5,740 bases of DNA from a virus (lineage: Duplodnaviria; Heunggongvirae; Uroviricota; Caudoviricetes): the IMG/VR virus record IMGVR_UViG_2547132274_000013; one strand, written 5' to 3'. Under the pieces are notes generated by a model. It saw only the letters and a program-made list of their open reading frames with translations. It ran no database searches and was not told where the DNA came from. A program made the position numbers and the translations under genes. Position 1 is the stretch's first letter; each line of letters starts with the position of its first letter. Positions 5,463 through 5,740 of this stretch are shown in pieces.

Positions 5463-5740
5463 ATGGCAAGACCACCAAAAGCCCCCGCTTACCTGGATGA
5501 AATCGCGGTCAGGCAGTGGAAGGAAAAATCGCGCCAGCTTTCCGGACGGGAAGACCTTACCCCCGCCGACTGGAGCAATCTGGAGCTGTATTGCGTTAAC
5601 TACTCCATATACCGCAAAGCCGTCGAAGACCTTGCCACGCGCGGGTTCAGCATTGTTAACAGTCAGGGCAGCGAGAGCAGAAACCCCGCCCTGAGCGCAA
5701 AGGCTGACGCAGAAAATGTAATGAACACATCCCCCCCATT
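5463..5740 (+). CDS. Terminase small subunit, P27 family (3' end beyond window)
   Basis: ATG at 5463; the frame stays open to the window end (no stop, so it is absent from the ORF track). My translation is MARPPKAPAYLDEIAVRQWKEKSRQLSGREDLTPADWSNLELYCVNYSIYRKAVEDLATRGFSIVNSQGSESRNPALSAKADAENVMNTSPP, which fits the P27-family TerS pattern (LELYC-x-Y; NPAL) and the HNH-adjacent position. Confidence 0.8.
   Translation, partial: MARPPKAPAYLDEIAVRQWKEKSRQLSGREDLTPADWSNLELYCVNYSIYRKAVEDLATRGFSIVNSQGSESRNPALSAKADAENVMNTSPP

Noticed and set aside
5303-5694. Two short + strand ORFs (5303..5500 and 5446..5694) around the terS start
   Set aside because: They are off-frame relative to the terS reading frame, which has recognisable family features and starts at ATG 5463; they are spurious ORFs in GC-rich sequence.
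1-5740. tRNA, rRNA, IS elements/transposases, integrase or att sites
   Set aside because: I could not recognise any such feature in either strand of this window; the integration module, if present, must lie outside it.

Overview
This window reads as a segment of a mobile element (phage satellite or prophage) in an enterobacterial, E. coli-like genome. All calls rest on reading the sequence and ORF track by eye; no searches were run. From the left: the last 24 codons of an upstream + strand gene, a small PerC-like regulator (91..372), and an 82-aa ORF (418..666) that ends at a perfect 13-bp bidirectional terminator. Next comes an oppositely oriented, AT-richer 157-aa gene of unknown function (703..1176, - strand) with a strong RBS, followed by a 294-bp divergent control region (1177..1470) containing three helically phased 10-bp direct repeats. 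The rest is a tightly coupled + strand head-morphogenesis and packaging operon in an unusual order: HK97-family major capsid protein, prohead protease, portal, gp6-like head-tail connector, HNH endonuclease, a 288-bp candidate cos region, and a P27-family small terminase that runs off the window end. No tail, lysis, tRNA/rRNA, CRISPR or IS features were seen. The most interesting points are the head-only gene set, which is consistent with a capsid-forming phage satellite (cf-PICI-like), and the unknown divergent cargo gene sitting in front of the capsid operon.
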